Shown here one piece after another: positions 13,531 through 24,990 of a stretch of 64,000 nucleotides of DNA; within the stretch, counting starts at the first letter, position 1, and each line of letters opens with the position of its first letter. Origin of the DNA: Octopus bimaculoides (Eukaryota). The notes beneath the pieces are model-generated. The model searched no databases. It was not told the DNA's origin and saw only the letters and a program-made list of their open reading frames with translations. The translations under genes and the position numbers were made by a program. The stretch spans positions 76,248,057 through 76,312,056 of the forward strand of contig NC_068991.1 in the NCBI RefSeq assembly GCF_001194135.2. The letters run 5' to 3'.

Positions 13531-14167
13531 ATTTTATTGAATATTATTAATATTTGTGACACATGATGAATGTCCAAATGAATGTATTGATAATAATTTT
13601 AACCTCAATATTAAGATAATAATTCAGCCAAATCCCTTAGCTGAAGCCTCCCCCACCCCCGTATATAAAAATGAGGTAAATAATACATTTCAGTGAATCA
13701 TTTCATTTTATTCACAATTCATAGTATTTCTATGCATTTGTTTATTACACAAAGGAAAAAAAAAAACAAAGATATAATGAAATATTTCCATTATAAACAC
13801 CAGAATTAACTGTTTTTCTGATTGAATATTTGTGTAAAATAGTTTATCTATCTCGAAAACAAGCAGTTGCAAGTGTTAGAAAAAAAACTGCATTCAATAA
13901 ATCAAAATAGGTTTACGACTGTGTTTCACTAAGTTTTAGAAATGTTGAAACTATTTTTATTACTTCTCTCTTTGTTCTTCCTGTGTCCCCATCTTTATCT
14001 TCTTCCTTTCATTATATGTCCATGATTCTCTTTCAAAGTGAAATATCTTTGGCTATTTCTAGTCTGGTCGCGTGCAAAGAAAATATTAACTTTAAAAGAA
14101 AAAATAGAAACCATACTTTTCCTTATGTTGCGTAAGTGAATTCGGCGAATACATTTATTTATGTTTT

Positions 14168-14218
14168 TTCATTCTTATAAATATTTCATTCTTATAAATA
14201 TTTCATTCTTATAAATAT
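14168..14218. repeat. 17-bp tandem repeat x3
   Basis: ttcattcttataaatat, three perfect copies. Confidence 0.95.
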
Positions 14219-14724
14219 TTGGTAATTTTCTTGATCTGAGAATATCATGTGACGGGCGAAATGATAGAAGACGGATGGGCGAATGGGCGGACTCTCAGAC
14301 GGACAGAGAAGTACAGTTCTTATTATAATATGGACTATCTATTATGAAATAGATTAATATGTATATTTCTCTCAAACATCATGATTACATATATTTAATT
14401 ATGATTAAATATATAAATATATTGGTTTTGCTTGCTCTTTTGTATTAATGTGTTCATTTCATCTTTGTATTAATTATGCTCTTTGCGCGTTATTCAAACA
14501 ATATCAAAAGAAATGTATTCGAGTATTCTTTTATAGGAAAACTAATAATACTTCTTGTAAAATTGTTTCGTCGTGTAATCAAGCAAACATATAACTACTT
14601 ACATCTTTCAAAATGATTGTTGTTTGTACAAATGAATTAATTTCGCACAGAATTACAATGCTATTACTGAGAGCAACGTAATTGAGATAGAACCTCTATT
14701 TACTGCTTTCTTCCATATTACACG

Positions 14725-14835
14725 ATGTCAGTTTAAATTCCAAAGAGGTCAGTTTTGCCTTTCATTCTGTTTCGGTCGATACAATTATGTACCAGTGAAG
14801 GATTGAGTTTGATCAGATCGAGTGTTTCCTCCCAG
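14725..14835 (+). mobile_element. SINE family B core fragment
   Basis: gtttaaattccaaagaggtcagttttgccttt cattctgtttcggtcgatacaattatgtaccag. Confidence 0.75.
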
Positions 14836-15471
14836 CGCAAAAGCAGTTTTGTGCATGATACTGCACCGTCTATCGCATATATTCATATTAGAATGTTATT
14901 GAGAATGGCTTTCGCATTTATATATCTTTTCAATTCGCCATTGTTTAAATGGTAATCGTGATTTACAGACACTAGAATTGAAATCTATTGTTATTCCTCT
15001 TGTGAGATCGGTAATCTTCACACAACAATATACAATAAGAAACCGACGTCCTTCTTCGTTCAGAACACATCATGTCTCCATAGTAGTACAACAGAATATA
15101 TCTGTCAATAAACCAATATATATTATATATTTCAGATTGTGATAAAGGCTTAGAGACGGTATCAAATATGACTTGAGGAAAGCCAGAATTGGTTTATTCT
15201 AAGACCTGTCGATTTCGTATTCTAAACAATGAAAATGAAACTTTTTGTATTCGCCATCAGTCCAGCTATCACCACAAAAGGAAAAATACAACGGTAATGA
15301 GAAAATAGAGAAATATTGACTGAAAGACTTTTTAGCTGCAACTATATAACCAGCGGTGAGATTATTGATAGGTTTATTTCTCAAAGTATTTTATATGAAC
15401 GCAGAAATTTTAAGAACATATTTATTATTTATAATCTACTGCTGTACCGTGAAGAATAGAAAACGAGGTAA

Positions 15472-15597
15472 CTATTGATACAACGAGATTTATACATTCA
15501 TTTGTTACATTTGTATGTATATATATATATGCGCGTGTGTGTATGTGTGTGGCTGCGTATGCATATATGTATGTATATATATATGTGTGTGTGTGTT

Positions 15598-15677
<80 letters not shown>

Positions 15678-15710
15678 TGTGTATATATATGTATATGTGT
15701 ATATAAATAC
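15472..15710. repeat. (AT)n/(GT)n microsatellite
   Basis: Directly visible from about 15515 onward; pure (AT)n about 15612-15673. Confidence 0.85.
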
Positions 15711-15719
15711 GCTTATATG

Positions 15720-16260
15720 TTCTTTTGCAAGATTCTTGATGTGAAATCGTGTGTTGAAACAGATATTGTTGTATTTGGGGATGGTCATGTTGCCAGTTTA
15801 GCCAATAAAAACACACGCACTATTTATTTGCTATTAATTTGCTTCAGCTTTATTTTACATTAATCGTATTTCAGCCAGAGTTCTTTCGTCACACCTCTGT
15901 GACCTCATCAGTGGTCCTTTGCTTTCTTATTTCTTATTTGTGCGTCTTTCCTTAGTAACGATCAGCCATTTTGTATTTTGCATTCCTATTGTATTCTATA
16001 CAAAACACCTTCTCCCTTCATATATACCCCCATCCACACCCAACTCCCACATACCCACCCCTACCCCCACATCCTAACCCCAAACCCATACCCCATCACC
16101 ACACCACATCACAGCACCCCGCACACACTGGCACTGACCACGTACCAGCACCCACATATTACAGACGCACACATCCAAACATCAAAGTCACCAGCGCTTA
16201 TCCACACGTACATATTTACCCACTCTCGAATACACACACGTACGCGCATCTTCATTTTGG
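15720..16260 (-). mobile_element. Penelope-like element 3' end / pseudo-LTR fragment
   Basis: Contains a hammerhead core, is preceded by a G-rich tract and ends near (AT)n. Its terminal segment tggcaacatgaccatccccaaatacaacaa recurs at about 58.16 kb. Confidence 0.6.
15874..15915 (-). ncRNA. Minimal type I hammerhead ribozyme (PLE-associated)
   Basis: Minus strand: acca-CTGATGA-g-GTCACA-gagg-TGTGAC-GAAA-g-aa-c-T-C-tggc. Intact core, 6-bp stem II, very short stem III, 3-bp stem I, CUC cleavage triplet. Confidence 0.7.
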
Positions 16261-16339
16261 GAACACCAATGCCTTACTACTTCTTCTTCTTCCTAGCTCT
16301 CCTGTAGCCTACTTTTGTCCAGCCAGTCGCCATGATTGA

Positions 16340-16517
16340 CCACTAACTCGAAAAGGTTTTCTTTTTTCTCTCTCTCTGTTTATTTCCCCGTGTTCCTTTC
16401 TGTTGAAGAACATAAGCTCGAAATGTAAAAACTTTTTCACCGTCCGAGCGTCAAACTAATACACCTGCTTGTTATTCTCTCAACTGCCTTCATCTTTTGT
16501 TTTTCTGTAAATTTCAG

Positions 16518-16518
<1 letters not shown>
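16340..16518 (+). mobile_element. Second PLE-type 3' terminus with decayed hammerhead-like motif
   Basis: ttcctttctgttgaagaacataagctcgaaatg resembles TGAAGAGC-loop-GCTCGAAAC; followed immediately by (AT)n. Confidence 0.5.
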
Positions 16519-16564
<46 letters not shown>

Positions 16565-16566
16565 TA

Positions 16567-17015
16567 TTCTTTTATTCTTTTATTTTAGTCATCTGACTGC
16601 GGCCATGCTGGAACAACGCCTTTAGTCGACGAAAACGACCCCGGGACATATTCTTTGTAAGATTTCTACTTATTCTATATTTGGGAGACTCTTTAGCACG
16701 ATACTGTTTGGTAACATGATGATTGAAAAGTATGAATTTAAATTTATGATACCACTAGGTTACGGGAACGTAAACACACCAACAGCGGTTGTTAAACGAC
16801 GGTGGGGAAAACTCATAGACACACACATACACTCACACACACACACGCACATACATATATACGACGGGCTTCTTTCAGTTTCTGTCTATCAAATCCACTC
16901 ACAAGGCTTTGGTCGGTCGAAGGTTATAGTAGATGACATGCCCAAGGTTCCACGCAGTGGGACTGAACCCGGAACCATGTTGTTAAGAAGCAAGCTTCCA
17001 ACTACACAGCCACGC
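16567..17015 (-). mobile_element. SINE family A, near full length, with about 48-bp insertion
   Basis: Head gcgtggctgtgtagttggaagcttgct...ggttccgggttcagtcccactgcgtggaaccttgggcatgtc; body gtgagtggatttgatagacagaaactgaaagaagcccgtcg; internal microsatellite; tail. Confidence 0.92.
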
Positions 17016-17524
17016 ACGTGCATATATATGTTTAAAAATTGTACGCGCCCACACAAACATGTGAAGTGAATGTGTGAGTATATGTGTGAGGAGAGAGTGG
17101 AATACGTGTATTGATTGTATGTTTTAGTTATTTGTTATTGTATATCCTAATTAAGGGTTAATTAAAATTTCATGATACTACATTTGTTTATTTAATGTGA
17201 TATCAATGTGTTTACACGACTTAATAATCTAAAAGAATAGGCTTCATTTTGTCTTCCTGGGAAAAAGATTGCAGCACATTTGAAGGATTAAAGAAAGAAA
17301 AATCACACAAAAAAAAACACGTAGAATGAAATACACAGGAGTAAATGTTTTTAATAACTGACTGAAACAAAAATATGTAAGATAAGGAAGCCAGCAAGAA
17401 GATGAAAATATAATTATGGGATTAGTGTTAAAGGCAAAATAAATTCGATTTAAAGTTAATATACGAACATACGCATATATACATGTGTGTGTTCGTCTGT
17501 ATGTGCGTGTGAGAAAGTGTAAGA

Positions 17525-17660
17525 CACGCACGTATGATTTGGTTCGATTGCAACAACACTGTTTCGACCTCGTTCCTTCAGCTCAGCAGTTAGGGTATCT
17601 GTTATTTTATCACCTCGTTGATCCACACCTTTTCGGTGAATATACTGAATAAGAGCTGCC
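17525..17660 (-). mobile_element. Possible PLE-type terminal fragment
   Basis: Minus strand ctgaaggaacgaggtcgaaacag (CTGA..GAAAC signature without convincing stems), adjacent to (AT)n. Confidence 0.3.
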
Positions 17661-17661
17661 G

Positions 17662-17692
<31 letters not shown>

Positions 17693-18310
17693 ACTGTAAT
17701 TCTTTGTATAATTAGATATTGTTAACATAACATTACATAAAAACAGGCTCGAGTTGAAGTGCTCAGCATGAGCTAGAATTCAAATTATGGTAAGAATGGA
17801 TACATAAAGGTGGAAGACCACAGGAGCAATACCATATATCTAACGCAAGATTTAATATATATGTGTGTGTTCAAATTTTACTAAATAATTTAGTAAAATA
17901 TAAGACTTTGGGCTGTTTTTTGAGCTGAAAATTATTTTCATCTTTTCCAAATATTGATGATTATTTTGTGGGGGTGGGGGCTCTGTCTAGAAGTTATGTC
18001 TAAAATAGAAGAGGTGCAAAAGTGTATAAATAAAACAAATTTGTGATAAAAATCTTCACACGAAAGAAAATATAATTTTAAAAACGAATATATTGAGGCA
18101 AATAGAGAAATATTGACAAAAAGTCTGCCATAAAGGAAATATTGGAACAGAATCAGAGAATTTTTTTTTTTAGGAGAATGAAAAAAAATATGTTTCAGAA
18201 AAATAGATTCAAATATCACGTGTCATGTTGAAACAAGAAAATTATAAAAGAGAAAGACATACTTCGTTAGGTGTTACGAAAAATAAACAGCTTCAATTGA
18301 AAAATAGTAC

Positions 18311-18996
18311 CACCGATTACGTTGGCCGTTTTTGAGGTTCAGGTTTTCTCAGCTGTTTCTATATGTATTTTGCATGCTGAATTCCGAAATGTAAGTCGTT
18401 GTGCCGAGTCAGGTCATGTCCCCATGCTATCTCAAGTTTAAGAAAATAGATTATCGTAAATAAAGTGCTTTCTCATGAAATTTATATATTCTCAACTTCG
18501 AGTCTTTTAAGAAAGAACAAACGAATAACAATTTTAGACAATCTGCACAAGTATTTCATATTTTTTAAAATAAATTCATAAAATATAGCGCCCGATCTGA
18601 CAACACAACATTACGTGTCACCTCTTGGACCAGGAATTCTAATTCCAACACCGGCACAAAACTGCAGACAATTGGTCATCCGATTTCGATGATGAAACGC
18701 AGGGTGGTGATATATTAGCACATACCAACCTCCGACACAAGTTAACCCAAACACCTGAACCAAAATGAGTTAATTTGACACGAAATTTGAGTTTGTCCGA
18801 AGAATCTGCTCAGTTACTAGGATCACGTCTTAGCGAAAATCATTTGTGGTCTCCAGAAATAACATATGTCTGGTATCAGAGCTGTGACAACGAGTTTCGA
18901 GAATGTTTCAGTGCAGACAAAGAAGTTTCGCTGGTTTACTGTGATGAGGACAACGGCCTCATTGCAGCTATGGCTTTAGCGTATGGTCCTACAGAA
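18311..18996 (+). mobile_element. Chapaev3-like (CMC superfamily) DNA transposon, 5' part, internally deleted and 3'-truncated
   Basis: Starts with CAC; subterminal ...gctgtttctatatgtattttgcatgctgaattc. Translation GPGILIPTP... then LTRNLSLSEESAQLLGSRLSENHLW...SLVYC...GLIAAMALAYGPTE resembles recalled LNDLxRDLxLSKESAELLGSRLKEKNLL...LVYC...YDPxEWRLFID. Confidence 0.75.
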
Positions 18997-19599
18997 GACC
19001 TAACTCTGAATGGCTACCCACTATCTTTAGCTAAACAGCGGCGCCTGATGAATATCAAGGTCAATAAACCCCGGAAGAACCATCATCGTCCCATGTCCGG
19101 CGCGTGCTTCCAAGACCTAGCACACTTTGACGACAAAACTACTGCAGCTATAGAACACGCCGTCCGCAGGGAAGGACCCGACATACAAATAGTGCACACC
19201 GGCCCTTCCTTGAGAAAAGCTCTGTCCAAGAACAAAACCACTAACTACTCCGTGGAGTTCACATTATCGAACTGCCCTATCAATGACCCTGAATTGTGCC
19301 AGAGGACCTATGTTGTATACGAAATCATCTGTGGCAAATGTGACGCATCCTACATAGAAAGCAAAACAAGAAAACTGCATATACGTTTAAAGGAACACAT
19401 GCAGGCAGACACTTCCGTGAAGAAATATCTACGGAAGATCTCTGAGGCCATCCTCATGCACCAAAGTAAACCAAATGTCAACAACAGAAGAGAGTTACAG
19501 GAAGCTAGTTGGTTACTATTGCAACACCTTTACGCGCATGTCCACTGCTCACACACACGCACATCGGCAACATTCGTCAGTTTCTTGAAAATGGGGTGA
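18775..19599 (+). CDS. 274-codon chimeric TE ORF: Chapaev3-like transposase fragment (aa 1-74) fused to PLE RT-thumb/GIY-YIG region
   Basis: From the ORF track; TTG start only. LNGYP at aa 78-82; VVYEIICGKCDASYIESKTRKLHIRLKEH at aa 180-208 (YIG changed to YIE). Probably non-functional. Confidence 0.55.
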   Translation: MTRNLSLSEESAQLLGSRLSENHLWSPEITYVWYQSCDNEFRECFSADKEVSLVYCDEDNGLIAAMALAYGPTEDLTLNGYPLSLAKQRRLMNIKVNKPRKNHHRPMSGACFQDLAHFDDKTTAAIEHAVRREGPDIQIVHTGPSLRKALSKNKTTNYSVEFTLSNCPINDPELCQRTYVVYEIICGKCDASYIESKTRKLHIRLKEHMQADTSVKKYLRKISEAILMHQSKPNVNNRRELQEASWLLLQHLYAHVHCSHTRTSATFVSFLKMG

Positions 19600-19703
19600 T
19601 GACCCCGAAACATTGAATGCATTAATTTATATACTTGTTTTCTTGGGATTTGCCTTGCATTTACTTCGCAATGTTCTGGCCGTACCCAAGATCCTTTATA
19701 TTA
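18997..19703 (+). mobile_element. Penelope-like retroelement, 5'-truncated 3' portion
   Basis: GIY-YIG motif with CxxC; 3' end cttgaaaat-ggggt-gatg-acccc-gaaac (decayed hammerhead-like); runs into a gap bordered by (AT)n. Confidence 0.8.
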
Positions 19704-19775
19704 NNNNNNNNNNNNNNNNNNNNNNNNNNNNNNNNNNNNNNNNNNNNNNNNNNNNNNNNNNNNNNNNNNNNNNNN

Positions 19776-19806
<31 letters not shown>

Positions 19807-21394
19807 AATTATATATAAATCTTTGTACGTATTTCAGTTTAGGTCTCCGTGTTAGTTATTCCATGATAAGACATAAGATATAATTGGCTTGTTTCTTTTT
19901 TTATGTGGACTACTTTATTTCAATGCTTAATTTACAATTATACATATTCAATCAGGTTACTCAAATACAAACCCTATGTACGTTTATACATGCGCAAACA
20001 TTCCAGATTATAAGTATATGCATACATAATGACATACGCAGATATTAATACACACCTACGCGCAAACTGGAAAACCCATACCCATGTATTCTCTTTCTAT
20101 GGCAATGCATTTACTTTTGTCTTTTTAGAAGTTTATTTCTGCAGTAATCCGTACGTAAGTATATGCCAGAGAGCAGGGGTGAATGTGTTTGTGATTACAT
20201 ACGAGAGATGAGAAAGATTGTATTGAAGCGGATCGAGTGACAATGTCCCAAAAGACAATAAAAAGCCAGGCATCCAATGATTAAACTCTACAGGCATTTT
20301 AAAACCAGCCGTAATACAATATGCCCATGCATTTACCAACTAATAGCAATAAAGAGGTAAAAACGTAAAATAATCAGAACACTATTAAGAAAAAGACATT
20401 TTGTGTATTTGCACAAGATAATAGATTTTAGTAAGCCAAAGACAGATGATCCTGTTAAAAGGGTAAAAGCTGCGATATAACACGATTAACATCAAACGAA
20501 TGTGCAAATCAGTTCTCCGAGTAAGAGGAAGTAGTTGGTGTTTGTGCAACTTTATGCAATCTTACAATTTCCACTATATGTGACAATGTGCTTATATATC
20601 TTGTAAGAAAATATATTTCCTCAACAACAACAACAATTTAATAATATTCCCATCAGAATTCAATTCATGATAATAGGATTTCGCTTTGACGTGTGTACTA
20701 TGTGATAGGGTTTTGTATACAGCATGAAACACTAACTGATTAAAGCATTTCTGAGAGCAATTCATCCAACGCATGTAGAAAATGCAATTTTATCCATTAC
20801 GCACATATGAAAATAACAATTCAGACAAAACCAAAAAACACGATGAAAGTAATTGCTCAATAGCAATAACATTTTCACCCGGAATATAAAATCTCTGGAT
20901 AACCATAATATTTTATCCAGTTTACGCAGGCTTGTAAAATTAGAGTAACTTTATGGAAACCCATAAAGTACATTATTATATCCTTTATAAGAGGCCGAAC
21001 AGGAAAGGTCCTTGCTGTTGTGATTGTAATAAACGTCAAGTATTAAAAAAGAGATAAGAATAAATAAAATGTAAACGAGGATGGAGGAAAAGCTCGTAAA
21101 AGAAACGCGCAAAATCAGCTCAGCATTATTGCATGAAATAGCATGGTCGACGTAAATTTCAATAAATTATACATATTACGGATAAAATGTGTGCGTATGT
21201 GTACGTGGTGTGTTTAAGCTAATCCAGTGGCCTGTTACTCTCGATCTTCGAAGGAGTGCAGCCATTTTTAAAAACAGATATTCGTCATAGTGAATTGCCT
21301 TGTAAGTTGTTCAACTTTCCAGCCACTCAATTAATACTGAGTGGAAACCAACCTAGCATACTGTACGACTAGAACTTTGCAAGTACAATTTAGT

Positions 21395-21475
21395 TTGGAC
21401 GCAATATGACTGAGTGTGGAATAAGTTAACTACGTACCTCGAATGTCCTGGGTTCGATCCAAATGCTGGGCAAAA
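21395..21475 (+). mobile_element. tRNA-derived SINE head fragment
   Basis: B-box-like cctgggttcgatcc; no cloverleaf acceptor stem; followed by (AGAT)n. Confidence 0.4.
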
Positions 21476-21483
21476 GATTGGCC

Positions 21484-21516
<33 letters not shown>

Positions 21517-22005
21517 GAGATAGATAGATAGATAGATAGGTATAAGTCATATTTTCGAGAATTATACGTCAATTAATGTGCTGAGTAAAGCACTGGCACA
21601 GTTTAGGCTATCTGGTGTCATCCACAGTTGTATATTTACTTCATCGATTACTACCTATATATATGAATATATATATATACATATATAGGAAGAGAAAGAA
21701 AAAGAGAGCTAGGAGAGCAAAGAGATAAGAGGGTAAGAGTGTTATTGAGAAAAAGAAAGTATGATACTTACAATATTCCGTAAGAAAAATATAATTGAGT
21801 AACTATGCATGTGTGTGCGATGATCTATGTGTGTGTGTGTGTGTTTGTATGGATGTAAATATGTATGTGTGCATGTGTGTATGCATATATGTACCTAGTG
21901 TTAATGTATTCAATGTAAACAGGAAAAGTAACGAAGAGCAAATCGTAATTATCTACTTTTATGTAATATTCATTATGAAGGTGCTAAAATTATTAAGAAA
22001 TATTA

Positions 22006-22036
<31 letters not shown>

Positions 22037-22133
22037 AATATATATTCTTTTATACATGTATGTATATGTACATAGAGATATGCATTAATATATTTAGATA
22101 TGTATATTATTTGCGCACACATACATACACACG

Positions 22134-22185
<52 letters not shown>

Positions 22186-22387
22186 TATATATATTCATGC
22201 ATACAAACGCGATGTGACATGCTTTTAGAAAATTACAATCTTCCAACTAGCTTTCACGAGTCAACTTATGAAATAAGTAAGTTGATATTAAATTTTGATT
22301 TAAAGTATACGTTAGATTGAAAAGTGAAAGAATATAGATATACTAATAAGCCATGAATTTTTAGCAGAAACATCTGCCACAAAATGT

Positions 22388-22404
22388 AATACTACTACTA
22401 CTAC

Positions 22405-22437
<33 letters not shown>

Positions 22438-22447
22438 TAATAATAAT
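22388..22447. repeat. (TAC)n/(TAA)n microsatellite
   Basis: Directly visible. Confidence 0.9.
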
Positions 22448-22458
22448 GTGTGTGTGTG

Positions 22459-22800
22459 CGCAAATAATGGGCTGTTGCTGTAGTCCGTTATAGTGCACCC
22501 ATCCTGAAGTGGACACAAGTGGAGATTAACCAATTTGATCGCATTACCCGAAAGACATTGACAATGCATGTTGCCCTCCACCCTCAGGCGAATGTACACA
22601 GGCTCTACATGAAGAGAGGTAAAGGTGGACGTGGGCTGATTAGCGTACGGGAGGGTATCAACAGTGACAGAACAACCATGGCAGAATATTTGGTAAACAG
22701 CAAAGAGTTGCTACAGTTTGTTGCTAATGGAGGATTGACCCAAAAAATGGACTGCGCGCAGAGTGAAAGACACTTGCCAATGAAAGCGAACCCAATAAAG
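22459..22800 (+). mobile_element. R4/Dong-clade LINE fragment (RT thumb region)
   Basis: WAVAVVRYSAPILKWTQVEINQFDRITRKTLTMHVALHPQANVHRLYMKRGKGGRGLISV matches the R4/Dong HPxADVxRLYxxRxxGGRGL pattern. Confidence 0.88.
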
Positions 22801-23267
22801 TGTTTGGGAAGCCTTCTTCTTATCCACGCAGCCACANNNNNNNNNNTATATATATATATATATATATAACTATTCACATATTTACTTTCAATACATTGAT
22901 TTCATAATATCTGTACCGTTGTATATTTTGAGAATTCAATATTCATTGACAATATTTACAGCATTTCGTAATTATCCAAATGTCTAAAACGAATTCTTTG
23001 AAATTCATCCAAAGCGAAGACAGTTGCAAAATAATCGTTCCACATATTATTTGATTGTTACTTAATTAACAAATATTTCTTAAAATATACATTTGCAATA
23101 TAAATTCCCAATGCATGCTTATCTAGACATATATCGGCATGCATACACAATATCACACAAACAAATATAAAGGCATATAAATAGATAGATACACAAATAC
23201 ATGTGTGCCTATGTCTATGTTAGCATATAGATAGCTAAACGTATTCCTTGTATGTATATATGCACGC

Positions 23268-23317
<50 letters not shown>

Positions 23318-23378
23318 NNNNNNNNNNTTGTTAATTATTAATTTTATTACTAATTGATGATTCCCTGCCCTGCATATC

Positions 23379-23409
<31 letters not shown>

Positions 23410-23832
23410 AAAGATACATATATATGTGTGTGTGTATGTATGTATGTAGATTTATATACACGTACATATATCTGTAGCGTATCAATTTATATACGGCTAA
23501 AATATATATACGTTTTATGTGTAGTGTTTGTGCAGTGAATTCGCCTTCTATTTATATTCATATACGCGCATATTCTGTGCAAGCGAGCAATTTATAAATA
23601 TAATTCGTTCATATTCATATTCGAAATTCGTTTTCCATAATTACAGAAATTTTTATTTTCCTCGACCGTACACACCGACACACAGATACACACTCCCGCT
23701 TACATATATATACATATATGTATATAGTAGAATAAGAAATCGAATGTCCTTGGTATAGTATCAAAATTCTTTCTCTGAACAAATGAATAGAAATGGCATT
23801 TCTGACAATTTTCCATCTTTAATAATTAGATA

Positions 23833-24503
23833 CATGGGTTGGACAAAATAGTGGAAATGACTTTAAATTTTAAACAAATTTATTTTAATATAGGGTAGGA
23901 CTGCATTTGGCAGTAAATGCAGCCTGAATTCTACGAGTGATAGACTCGTACAAAGTTTGAATTGTTTCCAAAGGAATTTTTGCCCATTCTTCAGCTAAAA
24001 CAGTCTCCAGTTCTTGTAGTGATGACGGTAGAGGATATTGACTCCTGACTTGTTTTTTTTGTTTTTTTAAATGCACCATTAATGCTCAATAATATTGAGA
24101 TCTGGCGACTGTGTTTAGATAAGATGTTCAACTTCACTAGAATGTTCGTTGTGCTATTCAATAACAACGGGGTTCGTTTTCCACAATTCTCTTCAAACAG
24201 CAAGGCTTCCTTTCCGAGGGCCCATGTCGGCCGGGACGAGAATCTGTTGATTCTTTTCCTTGGCTTTTGAATTGCACTATAAATCTATTAACAGTAGCAA
24301 GAGGAATTTGAAGATTTTCGGCAATTTTTCACTGGTTAAGACCAGCCTCAGATTGCCCAACAATACGACCTCTTTGAAAATCTGAAAGTTCTACTGAATT
24401 TTTTGTGCGTAGCATGGTTAATCTTCGCAAATGTTTGATATAATGCCCCCCCCCCCCATAATGAAAATAAATAATTACATTACAGGTATTGATTCGGTCC
24501 AGT
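23833..24503 (-). mobile_element. Tc1-like transposon, internally deleted
   Basis: N-terminus LSDFQRGRIVGQSEAG...[16 protein letters not shown]...SRPGR joined to C-terminus SPDLNIIEH...LQELETVLAEEWAKIPLETIQTLYESITRRIQA; TA-ca terminus at 23831-23834. The other end is uncertain. Confidence 0.85.
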
Positions 24504-24600
24504 AAATTTCTTTTAGGTGGTGCCCCCGAAATAATTGCGGTGTAAGGACTGGAACAGGTAAACTCAATATACTAAAGATGATTACAAATTATGTATATTG

Positions 24601-24990
24601 GCTCAGGAGTGGCTGTGTGATAAGTAGCTTCTTACCAATCACATGGTTCTGGGTTCAGTCCCACATGTTTTCTACTATAGCCTTGGACTGATCAAAGCCT
24701 CTTGAGTGGATTTGGTAGACGGAAACTGAAAGAATTCCGTCGTATATGTATGTATGTGTGTGTGTGTGTGTGCGTGTGTGTGTGCGTGTGTATGTTTGTG
24801 TGTCTGTATTTGTCCCCCACCATTGCTTTACAATCGACGTTTGTGTGTTTCCGTAACTTAGCGGTTCGGAAAAATGGACTGATAGAATAAGTGCTAGGCT
24901 TACATAGGATAAGTCCTGGGGTCGATTTGTTCGACTAAAGGCGGTGCTCCTGTATGGCCGCAGTGGAATGACGGAAACAGATGAAAGAAC
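24601..24990 (+). mobile_element. SINE family A, near full length
   Basis: Head, body, internal (GT)n and tail ggggtcgatttgttcgactaaaggcggtgctcc; small deletion in the CORE-like part. Confidence 0.92.

Noticed and set aside
15136-15290. Exon with in-frame TGA (possible selenocysteine)
   Set aside because: No selenoprotein similarity or SECIS recognised; an ordinary stop or chance is more likely.
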